From an uncultured Bacillota bacterium (GTDB taxonomy: Bacteria; Sysuimicrobiota; Sysuimicrobiia; Sysuimicrobiales; Segetimicrobiaceae), in NCBI GenBank assembly GCA_963804645.1, contig CAWDRG010000004.1, forward strand, positions 32,001 through 96,000: 64,000 nucleotides of DNA, given 5' to 3'. Shown here piece by piece: positions 7,974 to 18,558 of this stretch. The notes beneath the pieces are model-generated. The model worked only from the letters and a program-made list of their open reading frames with translations, had not been told where the DNA came from and did not search any database. The position numbers and the translations under genes are program-made. Numbering within the stretch: position 1 is the first letter of the stretch; every line of letters begins with the position of its first letter.

Positions 7974-10415
7974 ATGAGCGGTCAGTACGATCCGACCACA
8001 ATCGAGGCCAAATGGCAGGCGCGGTGGCAGGCGGACGGCCTGTACCGCGTTCAAGACGATCCGTCGCGCCCGAAGTGCCTCTTCGTGACGATGTATCCAT
8101 ACCCGAGCGGCGATCTGCACATCGGGCATTGGTATGCGATGACGCCGTCCGACGCGAAGGCCCGATACCTCCGGATGCGGGGGTACAATGTCCTGTTTCC
8201 GATGGGGTTCGACGCGTTCGGACTGCCGGCGGAGAACGCGGCGATCCAGCACGGCATCCACCCGTTCAAGTGGACGATGGCCAACATCGAGCGGATGCGC
8301 GGCCAACTGCGCTCGATGGGCACGATGTTCGATTGGACGCGGGAGATCGTCACGTGCCGGCCCGACTACTACGTCTGGAACCAGTGGTTTTTCCTGAAGT
8401 TCTATGAGGCGGGGCTCGCCTACCGCGCCATGGCCGCCGTGGACTGGTGTCCGAACTGCAACACGACGCTCGCGCGCGAGCAGGTCGTCGGCGCCGACCG
8501 CGTCTGCGAGCGCTGCGGCACGCCGGTGATCAAGAAGGACCTGGAGCAGTGGTTCTTCCGCATCACCAAGTACGCCGACGAACTGCTGGATTTCAGCCGG
8601 ATGGAGTGGCCCGAGCGGGTCCAAACGCTGCAGCGCAACTGGATCGGCCGCAGCGAAGGGGCCGAGATCGTCTACACGAGCGAGCGGGGAGATCCGATCA
8701 CCGTCTTCACCACGCGGCCGGACACCCTGTACGGAGCGACGTTTCTCGTGCTGGCGCCCGAGCACCCGCTCGTCGAGGCGCTGACCACGCCGGAGCACCG
8801 CGCGGCGGTCGCCGCGTACGTCCAGCGCACCCGCCGCGAGACCGAGATCGAGCGCCTGTCGGAGGACCGCGAGAAGACCGGCGTCTTCATCGGCGCCTAC
8901 GCGCGGCACCCGCTGACGAACGCGCGGATCCCGATCTACATCGGCGACTACGTGCTGCTGTCGTACGGGACCGGCGCGATCCACGCGGTCCCGGCGCACG
9001 ACACGCGCGACTTCGCGTTCGCCGTGAAGTACGGCCTGCCGATCCCGGTCGTGATCGCGCCGCCGGATTGGGACGGGAAGCCGCTGCGGGAGGCGTACGT
9101 CGGCGAGGGCGTCATGGTCAACTCCGGGCCGTTCGACGGCACCCCGAGCCACGAGGGGCGGCGCCTCGTGACGGAGGCGCTCGAGCGGACCGGCCGCGGG
9201 CGGGCGGCCGTGACGTACCGGCTGCGGGACTGGCTGATCAGCCGCCAGCGCTACTGGGGGACGCCGATTCCGATCATCTACTGCCCGTCGTGCGGCGCCG
9301 TGCCGGTGCCGTACGCGGACCTGCCGGTGCTGCTGCCCGAGGACGCGGAGTTTCTGCCCACCGGAGAGTCCCCGCTCAAGCACAACGAGCGGTTCCTCCG
9401 GACGACGTGCCCGAAGTGCGGGGGGCCCGCCGAGCGCGAGACCGACACGATGGACACGTTTGTCGACTCGTCGTGGTACCAGTTTCGCTACCTCGACCCC
9501 CACAACGCCGAGGCCCCGTTCGGGCAGGCGCCGCTGCGGGCGTGGGCGCCGGTGGATCAATACACGGGCGGCATCGAGCACGCGGTGATGCACCTGATGT
9601 ACACGCGCTTCTTTGCGAAGGTGATGCGCGACCTCGGCCTCGTGTGGTTCGACGAGCCGATGCTGCGCCTCTTCAACCAGGGGATCATTCTCGGGCCCGA
9701 CGGCAACCGGATGAGCAAGTCCCGCGGCAACGTGGTGAATCCGGACGAGTACGTGGGGACGGTGGGCGCGGACGTCGTCCGCGCGTACCTGATGTTCATC
9801 GGGCCGTGGGACGGCGGCGGCCCGTGGAATCCCCGGGGCATCGAGGGCATCCATCGGTTCCTCCTGCGCGTGTGGCATCTGGTGCTCGATCCGCCTCCGG
9901 CGGGGACCGCCGCCGGGCCCGAGGCCGCGGCACTCGTGCGGCGGACGATCCACCAGACGCTGCGCCGGGTGACGGAGGATCTCGAGGGCTTCCGCTTCAA
10001 CACCGCGATCGCGGCGCTGATGGAGTGCACGACCGCGCTCACCCGGCTCAGGGACGAGGGGGCCGCGGGCACGTCCGAGTGGGCGCCCGCGCTGCGGACG
10101 CTCATCCTGATGCTGGCGCCGCTCACCCCGCACCTCGCCGAGGAACTGTGGGAGCGGGTGGGCGGGTCCGAGAGCGTGCACCGCCAGGCGTGGCCGGCGT
10201 GGGATCCGGACGCGGTCCGGGAGGACTTCATGACGCTCGTCCTGCAGGTGAACGGCAAGGTCCGCGACCGGGTCACCGTGCCCGCGGGGTCGGACGACGC
10301 CCGGCTGCGCGAGGCCGCGCTCGAGAGCGAGAAGGTGCGGAAGTTCCTCGACGGCAAGTCGGTCGAAGACGTGATCGTCGTGCCGGGCAAGCTCGTCAAC
10401 GTCGTGGCCCGGTAG
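7974..10415 (+). CDS. leuS: Leucine--tRNA ligase
   Basis: MYPYPSGDLHIGH, RDWLISRQRYWGTPIP, RMSKS and C-terminal VPGKLVNVV. Confidence 0.98.
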   Translation: MSGQYDPTTIEAKWQARWQADGLYRVQDDPSRPKCLFVTMYPYPSGDLHIGHWYAMTPSDAKARYLRMRGYNVLFPMGFDAFGLPAENAAIQHGIHPFKWTMANIERMRGQLRSMGTMFDWTREIVTCRPDYYVWNQWFFLKFYEAGLAYRAMAAVDWCPNCNTTLAREQVVGADRVCERCGTPVIKKDLEQWFFRITKYADELLDFSRMEWPERVQTLQRNWIGRSEGAEIVYTSERGDPITVFTTRPDTLYGATFLVLAPEHPLVEALTTPEHRAAVAAYVQRTRRETEIERLSEDREKTGVFIGAYARHPLTNARIPIYIGDYVLLSYGTGAIHAVPAHDTRDFAFAVKYGLPIPVVIAPPDWDGKPLREAYVGEGVMVNSGPFDGTPSHEGRRLVTEALERTGRGRAAVTYRLRDWLISRQRYWGTPIPIIYCPSCGAVPVPYADLPVLLPEDAEFLPTGESPLKHNERFLRTTCPKCGGPAERETDTMDTFVDSSWYQFRYLDPHNAEAPFGQAPLRAWAPVDQYTGGIEHAVMHLMYTRFFAKVMRDLGLVWFDEPMLRLFNQGIILGPDGNRMSKSRGNVVNPDEYVGTVGADVVRAYLMFIGPWDGGGPWNPRGIEGIHRFLLRVWHLVLDPPPAGTAAGPEAAALVRRTIHQTLRRVTEDLEGFRFNTAIAALMECTTALTRLRDEGAAGTSEWAPALRTLILMLAPLTPHLAEELWERVGGSESVHRQAWPAWDPDAVREDFMTLVLQVNGKVRDRVTVPAGSDDARLREAALESEKVRKFLDGKSVEDVIVVPGKLVNVVAR

Positions 10416-10458
10416 GGGGGCGCGCGAACCTTTTGGCGGTCCGTCCCGTTGTAAGACG

Positions 10459-11085
10459 GTGATGGGCACGCCCGCCGCGCTGGTGTCGATGGCTCGCCCC
10501 AACGCCGCGCACGCGCTGTCGTATACCGCGGAGGAGCTCGCGCGGTACGACGCGATCGTGCAGCGGTACGCCCGCCACGTCTACAACATCGCGTACCGGA
10601 TGGCGGGAAACGAGGCCGATGCCCGGGATCTCACGCAGGAAGCGTTTGTGCGGGTCTACCGGGCGCTGCGCCGGGTGGAGCCGGACGCGCCGCTGGAGAG
10701 CTGGCTGTACCGGATCGTCAGCAACCTGCACATCGACCTGCTGCGCAAGCGGCCGCGCCAGCGCGTCGAATCGCTCGACGCCGCGGTCGACACGCCGCGC
10801 GGCGAGATGCTGCGCGAGCTGCCCGATCCGGGGTCGAGCCCGGAGGCGATCATCGAGCGCGAGCAGCTGGACGGGACGATCCAGCGCGCGCTCGGGACCT
10901 TGAGCGAGGATCTGCGCATGGTAGTGGTGTTGAGCGACATCGAAGGCTATTCGTACGAGGAGATCGCGATGCTTCTGCACGTGCCGCTCGGAACCGTGAA
11001 ATCGCGCCTCCACCGGGCGCGCCAGACGCTGCAGCAGCGCCTCGCGCCGTACGTCGAGGCGCGGCGGCGGGGGTGGGAATCATGA
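10459..11085 (+). CDS. ECF sigma-70 factor (SigE/RpoE-like)
   Basis: DARDLTQEAFVRVY, SWLYRIVSN and YSYEEIA..LHVPLGTVKSRLHRAR. Confidence 0.93.
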   Translation: MMGTPAALVSMARPNAAHALSYTAEELARYDAIVQRYARHVYNIAYRMAGNEADARDLTQEAFVRVYRALRRVEPDAPLESWLYRIVSNLHIDLLRKRPRQRVESLDAAVDTPRGEMLRELPDPGSSPEAIIEREQLDGTIQRALGTLSEDLRMVVVLSDIEGYSYEEIAMLLHVPLGTVKSRLHRARQTLQQRLAPYVEARRRGWES

Positions 11086-11585
11086 CCCTCAACCACGATC
11101 GGGTCGAGCGCCTGCTGTCCTCGTACCTGGACAGCGAGCTCCCGCCCGCGGAGGCGGCGGCCGTCCAGGAGCACCTGCTCGACTGCGCGGAGTGCCGCGA
11201 TGCGTACGAGGGGCTGCGCGCGACGAAGGTGCTGCTCGGGGCGCTGCCGCTTGCGGAACCGCCCGCGGAGTTTTGGGCGGCGGTGCGCGAGCCGCGGCCG
11301 GCGCGGGCGGTCCTCCCGAACGCTCGGCGCCCGTGGTTCCGGCAGCAGCTCGCGTGGGCGTCCGCGGCCGCGGTGCTGGTCGTCGCCGTGGCGGTCACCC
11401 CGGTCGTGCGTGGGACGATCGACCGCCTCCACACGTCCCAGGTCGGACTCGACCTGTACCTCCGCCAGCACGCGGTGCAGATGAGCGCCGAGCCCTTCAC
11501 CGATCGGGCATATCTCGGGCTCGCGACCGGCGACGCCGATCTGGTGCTCGCCGGCGACGCGACCCCGGCGGGGAAGGTTCCGTGA
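11082..11585 (+). CDS. Zinc-binding anti-sigma factor (zf-HC2)
   Basis: LLSSYLDSEL...HLLDCAEC and a TM helix; ATGA overlap with the sigma gene. Confidence 0.9.
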   Translation: MTLNHDRVERLLSSYLDSELPPAEAAAVQEHLLDCAECRDAYEGLRATKVLLGALPLAEPPAEFWAAVREPRPARAVLPNARRPWFRQQLAWASAAAVLVVAVAVTPVVRGTIDRLHTSQVGLDLYLRQHAVQMSAEPFTDRAYLGLATGDADLVLAGDATPAGKVP

Positions 11586-12910
11586 TCAGCCGCGGGCGCC
11601 TCGGCCTCGGGATCGTCGCGGCCGCCGCGCTCGTCTTGGTGGCCGCGGGGGCCGACCGGGCGGCGCCGGCGCCTAACGCCCCGGTGTCGGCGGCGGCGAT
11701 GCTGACGCTTGCCCTCCAGGCGCCGCGCCTCATCGACTACGAAGGCACCAAGGTCGTCACCCTCCCGCGCCAGGGCCGGACGGAGACGATCACCGCCGTC
11801 GAGGCCCACAAGCGGCCGGACATGGTGCGGCTCGAGTACGTGTCGCCGCCGGACGTCGCGGGGCGCCTAATCGTGGACGACGGGCACGCGTCGTGGCACT
11901 ACGAGCCCAGCCATAATGTGGTCTTCGAGGGCCCGACGATGGAGGCCGGTCTGTTCACCGGCGGCATGGCGCAGCTCCGCCGCAACTACCGGGTCACCGC
12001 GCTCGGCACCGACGACGTGATCGGCCGGCCGACGTATCTGATGCTGCTCGAGCCGAACGCGCCGGGCGTCAGCCGCGAGCTGTGGATCGACCAGGCGACG
12101 GGGACCGTGCTGCGCACCGAGGAGCGCGACGAAGCGCGCGGCGTCGTGCTCACGACCTACTTCTCGCGCATCAGCTTCAGCCTCAATCTGCCGGCCGCGT
12201 ACTTTCAGTTCCAGGCGCCGGCCGGGGCGCGCGTGGTCCCGATGTTCACGCTCTCCGGGGACGCACCGAGCTCCAACGCGCTCAGCCGGCGGGCCGGCGT
12301 GACCGCGCTCGTGCCGCCCGTCCTGCCGGATTCCTACGTGTTTACCGGGGCCGCGGTCAGCCGGTTCGGCACCCTGACATCGGTATATCTCCGATACAGC
12401 GACGGCGAGAACCTGTTCTCGCTGTTCGAGGCCCCCGCCGGGTCGATCGGCTCGACGTCCGGGCGGACGATCCAGGTCGGCGCCGCGAGCGGACGCCTCG
12501 TGGATCTCGGCTACCTCCGGGTGCTGACCTGGGAGCAGGGCGGCCTGCGCCTGACCGCGGTCGGCACGATGACGGCGGACGCGCTGACCGCGATCGCGAG
12601 CCACCTCGTCGGCGATCCGGAACCGGCGCTCGTCCAGTCGGTCGCGCAGGCGGCCGCGGTCGATCCGGCGACCGTGACCGAGCTCCGGGGGGAGGGCCTG
12701 ACGTTTCCTGAGATCGCGCGCGCCGTGATGCTCTCGCGGGCGGTCGGCACGGACGTACCGACCGCCGTCCGGTACCTCGCGGGCGGGATCCCCGGGACCG
12801 TGCTGGCCGGCCAGTTGGATATGACCCAGGCGGTGTGGAAGCAGCGCGTCGCGGACGCGCTCGACCGCGCGTCCTCGGTGGGCCCGCACCTGACCGCACC
12901 AAACCCGTAA
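11582..12910 (+). CDS. MucB/RseB-like (LolA-fold) periplasmic regulator with C-terminal extension
   Basis: Signal peptide, RLEYVSPP..GRLIVDDG, VIGRPTY and RELWIDQATGTVLR; third gene of the sigma/anti-sigma operon. Confidence 0.75.
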   Translation: MISRGRLGLGIVAAAALVLVAAGADRAAPAPNAPVSAAAMLTLALQAPRLIDYEGTKVVTLPRQGRTETITAVEAHKRPDMVRLEYVSPPDVAGRLIVDDGHASWHYEPSHNVVFEGPTMEAGLFTGGMAQLRRNYRVTALGTDDVIGRPTYLMLLEPNAPGVSRELWIDQATGTVLRTEERDEARGVVLTTYFSRISFSLNLPAAYFQFQAPAGARVVPMFTLSGDAPSSNALSRRAGVTALVPPVLPDSYVFTGAAVSRFGTLTSVYLRYSDGENLFSLFEAPAGSIGSTSGRTIQVGAASGRLVDLGYLRVLTWEQGGLRLTAVGTMTADALTAIASHLVGDPEPALVQSVAQAAAVDPATVTELRGEGLTFPEIARAVMLSRAVGTDVPTAVRYLAGGIPGTVLAGQLDMTQAVWKQRVADALDRASSVGPHLTAPNP

Positions 12911-12952
12911 TCGACCGACGCGCGGTCCCACGCGCGCGGATCACGAGGTGCC

Positions 12953-13864
12953 ATGATACGGATTCCGCAGCTGCGGCGCGCGGCCGTCGTCGCGATCGCG
13001 GCGCTGATCGGCGCCGCCGGCCCGACGCTCGGCGTCGCGGCACCGGCGGGCCCGGCTCCCCTCGCGAAGGGGTGGGGCCGTGTGGTCGCGTCGGGCATCC
13101 TCTCCTCCGTGGACCGGACGCACGGGCGGGTCCAGCTCGCGGTCTCCGGGACCGGGACGGTGGACTGGTTTGAGGGCGGCACCGCCTGGCGTCAGACGCC
13201 GCTCACGGGGACCCGGACGGTCCGGCTGCTGCCCGCGACGACGCTCGTGGACGCCACGGCGCACGCGCTGCCGCTTGCCGGGGTGCGGCCGGGTGCATTC
13301 GCGATCCTGTGGGGCGTCGCCAGCCCGAACGCGGACATGGCCGGGATGATCCTCGAGGTCGCCACGCCGTCTGCGGGATCGGCGGCCGCCCTGAGCGCCG
13401 CCGCCCCGCAGACGGGCGTGGTCGTTGGTCGGGCGGGGTCGGCGCTCGAGGTCCTCTCCGGCGCCGGGACGCGGCGCACCATCGTCATGACCGCGACGAC
13501 GGGGGTCATGGCCGGCGGCCGGACGGTCGCCGCCGGATCGATCGTCCCCGACGATATCGTGGCGGTCGCGGGGCCGATGAACTCGGACGGGAGCATCGTC
13601 GCGACGAAGGTCACGATCGAATTTTCCGCGCCGAACTCCGCGCGCGTGTCGGGGCCGCTCGAGGAGGTCCTGACTGCGGTCGGCGGCCTCGTGGCCGACG
13701 GCACGATGATCTCCACGTCGGCGGACACGTATCTGCTTCGAAGCGGATCGGGCGTGCCGCTCTCTCAGGCGGCCCCTGGGAGTCTCGTCGTGGCGTACGG
13801 AATTCCCGTGCTCGACGACGCCACCCCGGTCGGGCTCGCCGCGCGCGTGATCGTGCTGCGCTGA
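12953..13864 (+). CDS. Secreted beta-rich repeat protein (DUF5666-like)
   Basis: Signal peptide and repeated OB-like units such as IVPDDIVAVAGPMNSDGSIVATKVTI. Confidence 0.55.
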   Translation: MIRIPQLRRAAVVAIAALIGAAGPTLGVAAPAGPAPLAKGWGRVVASGILSSVDRTHGRVQLAVSGTGTVDWFEGGTAWRQTPLTGTRTVRLLPATTLVDATAHALPLAGVRPGAFAILWGVASPNADMAGMILEVATPSAGSAAALSAAAPQTGVVVGRAGSALEVLSGAGTRRTIVMTATTGVMAGGRTVAAGSIVPDDIVAVAGPMNSDGSIVATKVTIEFSAPNSARVSGPLEEVLTAVGGLVADGTMISTSADTYLLRSGSGVPLSQAAPGSLVVAYGIPVLDDATPVGLAARVIVLR

Positions 13865-13983
13865 GCAGCCCCGGGCTGCGTTCCACGAACGCGCGCGCCG
13901 GGGGCGGGCGCATGGGGCGGGGACGGAAGCAGGCCCGAGGGTGCGCCGAGCCCGGCCACGCCGTCGGGAGAGCAGGGGGGGCG

Positions 13984-14298
13984 ATGGATCTCGCGACGCT
14001 GCAGGCGCAGATCACGGCGACGTTTGGGGCGCGCGACCGCGCCCGCGGCGTGGACGGGACGTTCCGGCGCCTCGTCGAGGAGATCGGAGAGGTCGCGAAG
14101 GATCTCCGCGGCGGCGACCGCGCGGCGCTGGCCCTCGAACTGTCGGACGTGCTCGCGTGGACGCTCAGCGTCGCCGCACTGTGCGGGGTGGACCTCGACC
14201 GGGCGGCGGCGCGGTACGCGGACGGCTGTCCGCGGTGCGGCGCCTCTCCGTGCCGGTGCCCGATGGATCGCCCCGCGACGCCGGCCGACGGATCCTAG
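13984..14298 (+). CDS. MazG-like nucleotide pyrophosphohydrolase
   Basis: LVEEIGEVAK...ELSDVLAW and a C-terminal CPRCGASPCRC. Confidence 0.85.
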   Translation: MDLATLQAQITATFGARDRARGVDGTFRRLVEEIGEVAKDLRGGDRAALALELSDVLAWTLSVAALCGVDLDRAAARYADGCPRCGASPCRCPMDRPATPADGS

Positions 14299-15107
14299 GT
14301 GCCGTAGAGCAGCAGCATCTCCCGGACGAGCGCGGCGGCCACGATCGGCGTCCGGCCGCTCGGATCCAGGGCCGGCGCCACCTCGACGAGATCCATGCCC
14401 ACGACCCGGTGCCCCGCGAGGCTGCGCAGCGACGCCAGCAGCTCCGCGTACGAGGCCCCGTCCGGCTCGGGGTTGCCGGTTCCGGGAGCGTCGCCCGGGT
14501 CGAGCACGTCGATGTCCACCGTCAGGTAGAGCGGGCGTTCGCGCAGCGTGTCGAGCAGCGCCCGGGGGAGCGCGACCTCCGGGGCGCAGTGCAGGCTGTG
14601 CCGCCGCGCGACGTCGAACTCGTCCCGGGTGCCCGCGCGGATGCCGAGCTGCACCAGCGCGCGGCCGTCGTCGAGCAGCCGGCGCATGACCGTGGCGTGG
14701 CTGACCCGCGCGCCCTCATACTCGTCGCGCAGGTCCGTGTGCGCGTCCCATTGGACGACCGTGACGCCCGGGTGGCGGGACGCGATTGCGCGGACGGCGC
14801 CGAGTGTGACGGTGTGTTCCCCGCCGAGCAGGAAGGGCAGGCCGGAGGGCGTACCGCGCTGGATCGCGGAGACCATCGCGGCGGGGTCGAGGCCCTCGAG
14901 GTCGAGGTTCCCGAGGTCGGCGAACGCGAGCGCATCGAGATCCCGGTCGAGGCGCGGGCTGTAGGTCTCGATGCTCTCCGATGCCCGCCGGATGGCGTCC
15001 GGCCCGAATCGGCTCCCGCGCCGGAACGACGCCGTCGCGTCATACGGCGCGCCGATGAGCGACGCGCGCGGTGATCCGGCGGCGCCGCCCGCCGACAGAA
15101 ACCTCAC
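14295..15107 (-). CDS. speB: Agmatinase / ureohydrolase
   Basis: GGEHTVT, DAHTDLRD, DIDVLDPGDAPGTGNPEPDG and DLVEVAP. Confidence 0.93.
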   Translation of the reverse strand: MRFLSAGGAAGSPRASLIGAPYDATASFRRGSRFGPDAIRRASESIETYSPRLDRDLDALAFADLGNLDLEGLDPAAMVSAIQRGTPSGLPFLLGGEHTVTLGAVRAIASRHPGVTVVQWDAHTDLRDEYEGARVSHATVMRRLLDDGRALVQLGIRAGTRDEFDVARRHSLHCAPEVALPRALLDTLRERPLYLTVDIDVLDPGDAPGTGNPEPDGASYAELLASLRSLAGHRVVGMDLVEVAPALDPSGRTPIVAAALVREMLLLYGT

Positions 15108-15952
15108 GGCGCGCGGAGCGCGAGGGCGAGGTAGGGCGGCAGATCCAGCGCGGCGTGGTGGCCGCGCGCGGTGTAGTAGCGGAGGGCAAACCCCTGCGTG
15201 CGGCGCGTGATCTCCTCGACCGGCACCTCGAGGGGATCGCGGCCGAGCGACCCCATCGTAAACGACCAGATGACGCCGGGGTACGCGAGCACCGTGGCGG
15301 TGTAGGTGCGCACGATCGGGAACGCCGGCCGGAGATGGCGCTGGACGGCGGCGATGAGGTCCTGCTGGTACACCGCGGATCCCGACTGGACGACCAGCAC
15401 GCCGTCGGGCGTGAGCCGCCGCGCGATCTGCGCGTAGAACTCCGGGTTGAACAGGCCGACCGCGGGGCCCTGCGGGTCGGTCGAGTCGACCAGGACGACG
15501 TCGAACGGCGCGCCGCCGTCCGCGACGTACGCGATGCCGTCGCCGACGATCAGTTCCGTGCGGGGGTCGTCGAAGGCGCCGCCGCCGATCACATCGAGGT
15601 ACGCGCGGCTCGTCCGCACCACCGCCTCATCGATCTCGACGAGCGTGGCCCGCTCGAGCGGGTGCTTCAGCGCTTCCTCGAGCGCGCCCCCGTCGCCGCC
15701 GCCGATGATGAGCAGCCGCCGGGGCGACGGATGGGTGAGCAGTCCGGGATGGGCCAGCATCTCGTGGTACACGAACTCGTCGCCTTCCGTCGTCTGCACC
15801 GCTCCGTCCAGCACGAGCATCCGGCCAAACCGCGGGCTCTCGTAGATCTCGAGATGCTGGTAGGCGGTCTGCTCCTCGTGGAGGCGGCGCGTCACCTGAA
15901 ACGTCGAGGTGAAGTCGAGGCATCCCTGGTCGGTGATCCATGCCCCTTTCAT
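15104..15952 (-). CDS. speE: Polyamine aminopropyltransferase (spermidine synthase)
   Basis: LVLDGAVQTTEGDEFVYHEM, IIGGGDGG and DSTDP. Confidence 0.95.
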   Translation of the reverse strand: MKGAWITDQGCLDFTSTFQVTRRLHEEQTAYQHLEIYESPRFGRMLVLDGAVQTTEGDEFVYHEMLAHPGLLTHPSPRRLLIIGGGDGGALEEALKHPLERATLVEIDEAVVRTSRAYLDVIGGGAFDDPRTELIVGDGIAYVADGGAPFDVVLVDSTDPQGPAVGLFNPEFYAQIARRLTPDGVLVVQSGSAVYQQDLIAAVQRHLRPAFPIVRTYTATVLAYPGVIWSFTMGSLGRDPLEVPVEEITRRTQGFALRYYTARGHHAALDLPPYLALALRAP

Positions 15953-16428
15953 CGCGCGAGCCCCTCCGCCGTTGGCCAGAACAGCGCGAGGGCAACCGCG
16001 CAGCCCGCCCGCTCGACGGTGTGCTCCGCGACCGCGACGACCACCTCGTCGAGCGGCAGCCCCCGCATGCGGAAGCCCTCCACCACCATCTCGCGGACCA
16101 CGCGTTCCGCTTCGTCCCGCGACGTGTGGCCCGTATGCTCCATGATCACGCCGTGGTGCTCGCGCGCCACGCCCACGCCGATCGCGGCGCAGATCCGGTC
16201 ACCCGCGCGCGCGCTGGCGACGCGGGCATACACGGCGGGCATCAAGATCCCCGGCGGATACGCCGGGAGCTCGATGATGCGCGCGCCCGGCGGCAGGATG
16301 CTCGTCACCCGCAGAAAGTTGAGATCGGCCGCCCCGGCGTCCTGGAGGGCGCGGTCGAACGCGTTGAGCTCCGTGCCTCCCTCGCCGTGCCCTGCGACTA
16401 CGGAAATCGCCTTCGGAAGTTGCCACAT
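15949..16428 (-). CDS. pdaD: Pyruvoyl-dependent arginine decarboxylase
   Basis: GEGGTELNAFDRALQDAG...NFLRVTSILPP self-cleavage motif; in an operon with speE-speB. Confidence 0.88.
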   Translation of the reverse strand: MWQLPKAISVVAGHGEGGTELNAFDRALQDAGAADLNFLRVTSILPPGARIIELPAYPPGILMPAVYARVASARAGDRICAAIGVGVAREHHGVIMEHTGHTSRDEAERVVREMVVEGFRMRGLPLDEVVVAVAEHTVERAGCAVALALFWPTAEGLAR

Positions 16429-16613
16429 AGGGCTAACTATTCCACTCGGTGCGGCCCGCTCTCCTTCGACGCCGTGCGCGGTCACGCGGTAAAGAGGAAA
16501 TTGCGCGTTGCCGCGCAACGATACCGGGAAGACTACGAGTGGGACGATCACCACGATTCGATGCTCAGCGCGTCGGGGCGCGGCCGTCCGATTCGATCCG
16601 AAGGAGGACCGCC

Positions 16614-18272
16614 GTGCGCGCGTGGATCGCGGCCCTTGTGATGGTCCTCGTCGCGGCCCCGTTCGCGTGGCGCGCCGAGCCCGGCTGGTCGGCGCCGGCC
16701 GCGGCCGACATCCCGGGGGCGGCGGGCGCGTTTGGGGTGGATCTGCCCCAGGCCGGGGCGGTCCCGGACGGGGTGACCTGGGCGCGCGCGACGGCCGATT
16801 GGGCCCAGATCGAGCCGGCGCGGGGCACGTTCGTCTGGACGGATCTCGACGCGCAGGTGCGCGCGGCCGCCGCGGCACATCTTCACGTGGTGGTGCTGCT
16901 CGAGCACACGCCGCAGTGGGCCGCGCTTGAGCCGACGGCGCCGCAGCCGGTCTGGGAGCATCAGCCTCCGAAGGACATCGCCGACTGGGCGGTGTTCGTG
17001 CACGTCGCCGCGCGCCGGTACCTCGGCCGCGTGTCCGCCTGGCAGGTCGAACGGTCGCTCGACCTCGTCGACTTTCGCGGTACGACCGCGGATTACCGGG
17101 AGATGCTGCACGTCGTGCGGCAGGAAACACAGCACTCCGATTCGCACGCCCTCGTCGTGGCCGCGTCGCCGGGCGGGGTCGATCTGCCGTACACCAAGGT
17201 GATGCTGGCCGCGGCCGGCGGCGACTTCGACGCGTTGATGCTGTACCCGCGCGGCCGCACGCCGGCGGAACTGACGCCGACGGTACTGCTGGAAGCGCTC
17301 GGTGCGATTCGGACGCGATTGGCGACCGACGGACGGCACCAGTTGTGGCTGGACGGCACGGCCTCCGTGGATCCGGTGCAGATCGCCGCGTCCGCGCTCG
17401 CGGGCGGGGTCGTGCGCGAGTTCTGGCCCCACTTCGACCCGGGCTTGGCCACCGCCGCGCGGCTGCTCGATGGCGCTCGGTTCGTCGGCGCGGTCGACCG
17501 CGGCCCCGACATCGCGGTGTTCGTGTTCGAGAAGGCCGCGGACCCGTTCGTGGTCGGGTGGGCCGCGTCGGGCACGCACGAGATTCCCATCGCCACGTCC
17601 GGCGCCGCCGCGATCGTGGGGCCGACGGGCCAGCCGGTCGCGCCGTCGGGTGCCGCGGGCGTGGTCGCCGTCGCGCCCGCGCCCGTGTTCGTCACGAACC
17701 CCGATCCGGCGCTCGTCCACGACGCCGCCGGCGCCGCCGCGCAGGGGCCGCCGCTGATCCCCGTCGCCCCGGACCGCGATTTCTCGAAGGTCCCGGACGT
17801 GTCCGCGCAGCTCGCCGCGGTGAACGTCGAGCACGGGCTGTACAACCAGAAGTTCCGGACGCTGCCGTCCGGCGCGGTGTTCCCGGTGACCGTCGAGGGG
17901 ACGGACGCGGTCCGCACCAATCCGACCACGGACGCGGTGTATCTGTACTTCGACGTGGCCGACACCTACGCGTACTTCGACGACGGGCGGTACGATCTCT
18001 TGATCGCGATCCAGGTGCACCGCGCCAGCACGGCGCAGCTCGTGGGATTCAACCTGCTGTACGATTCGATGAGCGGCTACCGGTTCACGCCGTGGCAGTG
18101 GGTGGACGCGGGCGACGGCTGGGCGACCTACACCGTGCGCCTCACCGACGCCGCGTTCGCGCACACGTGGGGCTGGGACTTCGCCGTCAACGCCGGCGGC
18201 GACCGCAAAGAGCCGCTCGTCGTCCGGTCGGTCACCGTCACCCGCATCGCCCCGGGCGCGCGGACTCCGTAA
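16614..18272 (+). CDS. Secreted glycoside-hydrolase-like (clan GH-A-type barrel) protein with C-terminal beta-sandwich
   Basis: AAGGAGG RBS, signal peptide, [23 protein letters not shown] and PPKDIADW. The catalytic motifs look degenerate. Confidence 0.6.
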   Translation: MRAWIAALVMVLVAAPFAWRAEPGWSAPAAADIPGAAGAFGVDLPQAGAVPDGVTWARATADWAQIEPARGTFVWTDLDAQVRAAAAAHLHVVVLLEHTPQWAALEPTAPQPVWEHQPPKDIADWAVFVHVAARRYLGRVSAWQVERSLDLVDFRGTTADYREMLHVVRQETQHSDSHALVVAASPGGVDLPYTKVMLAAAGGDFDALMLYPRGRTPAELTPTVLLEALGAIRTRLATDGRHQLWLDGTASVDPVQIAASALAGGVVREFWPHFDPGLATAARLLDGARFVGAVDRGPDIAVFVFEKAADPFVVGWAASGTHEIPIATSGAAAIVGPTGQPVAPSGAAGVVAVAPAPVFVTNPDPALVHDAAGAAAQGPPLIPVAPDRDFSKVPDVSAQLAAVNVEHGLYNQKFRTLPSGAVFPVTVEGTDAVRTNPTTDAVYLYFDVADTYAYFDDGRYDLLIAIQVHRASTAQLVGFNLLYDSMSGYRFTPWQWVDAGDGWATYTVRLTDAAFAHTWGWDFAVNAGGDRKEPLVVRSVTVTRIAPGARTP

Positions 18273-18305
18273 CCGCACGTGTCCACGGTGTCCACGGCGG
18301 CGCGG

Positions 18306-18335
18306 TTGCCCGGTGCGCGGCCGGTCGTGTATAAT
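18306..18335 (+). promoter_or_regulatory. Sigma70-type promoter for rpsU
   Basis: TTGCCC, 18 bp spacer, TATAAT. Confidence 0.55.
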
Positions 18336-18387
18336 GGCCACACTGTTGCAATCGTTCGGGGGGCAGTTTGCGCTGGAGGTGGGCCGG

Positions 18388-18558
18388 TTGACCGAGATTC
18401 GAGTTGGCAAGGACGAGACGCTCGACAGTGCCCTCCGCCGGTTCAAGCGTCAGGTCAAGCGGTCCGGCATCCTCACCGACGCGAAGCGCCACGAGCACTA
18501 CGAGAAGCCGAGCCAGAAACGGCGCCGTCGCGCCGCCCGCCGCAACAAGCGCCACTAG
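18388..18558 (+). CDS. rpsU: 30S ribosomal protein S21
   Basis: [19 protein letters not shown]...[19 protein letters not shown] before a TTG start. Confidence 0.95.
   Translation: MTEIRVGKDETLDSALRRFKRQVKRSGILTDAKRHEHYEKPSQKRRRRAARRNKRH

Noticed and set aside
7848..10502. Long antisense and alternate-frame ORFs over leuS (likewise over alaS, pilB and kdpD)
   Set aside because: Arg/Pro/Gly-rich shadow ORFs expected from high-GC codon bias, overlapping clearly identified genes.
13984..14298. MazG-like gene as part of an anti-phage or toxin-antitoxin system
   Set aside because: Stand-alone small housekeeping-type MazG with no defence genes adjacent.
16429..17130. 393-aa version of the arginine decarboxylase
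   Set aside because: Homology starts at ATG 16428. The upstream part is low-complexity and overlaps the divergent gene.
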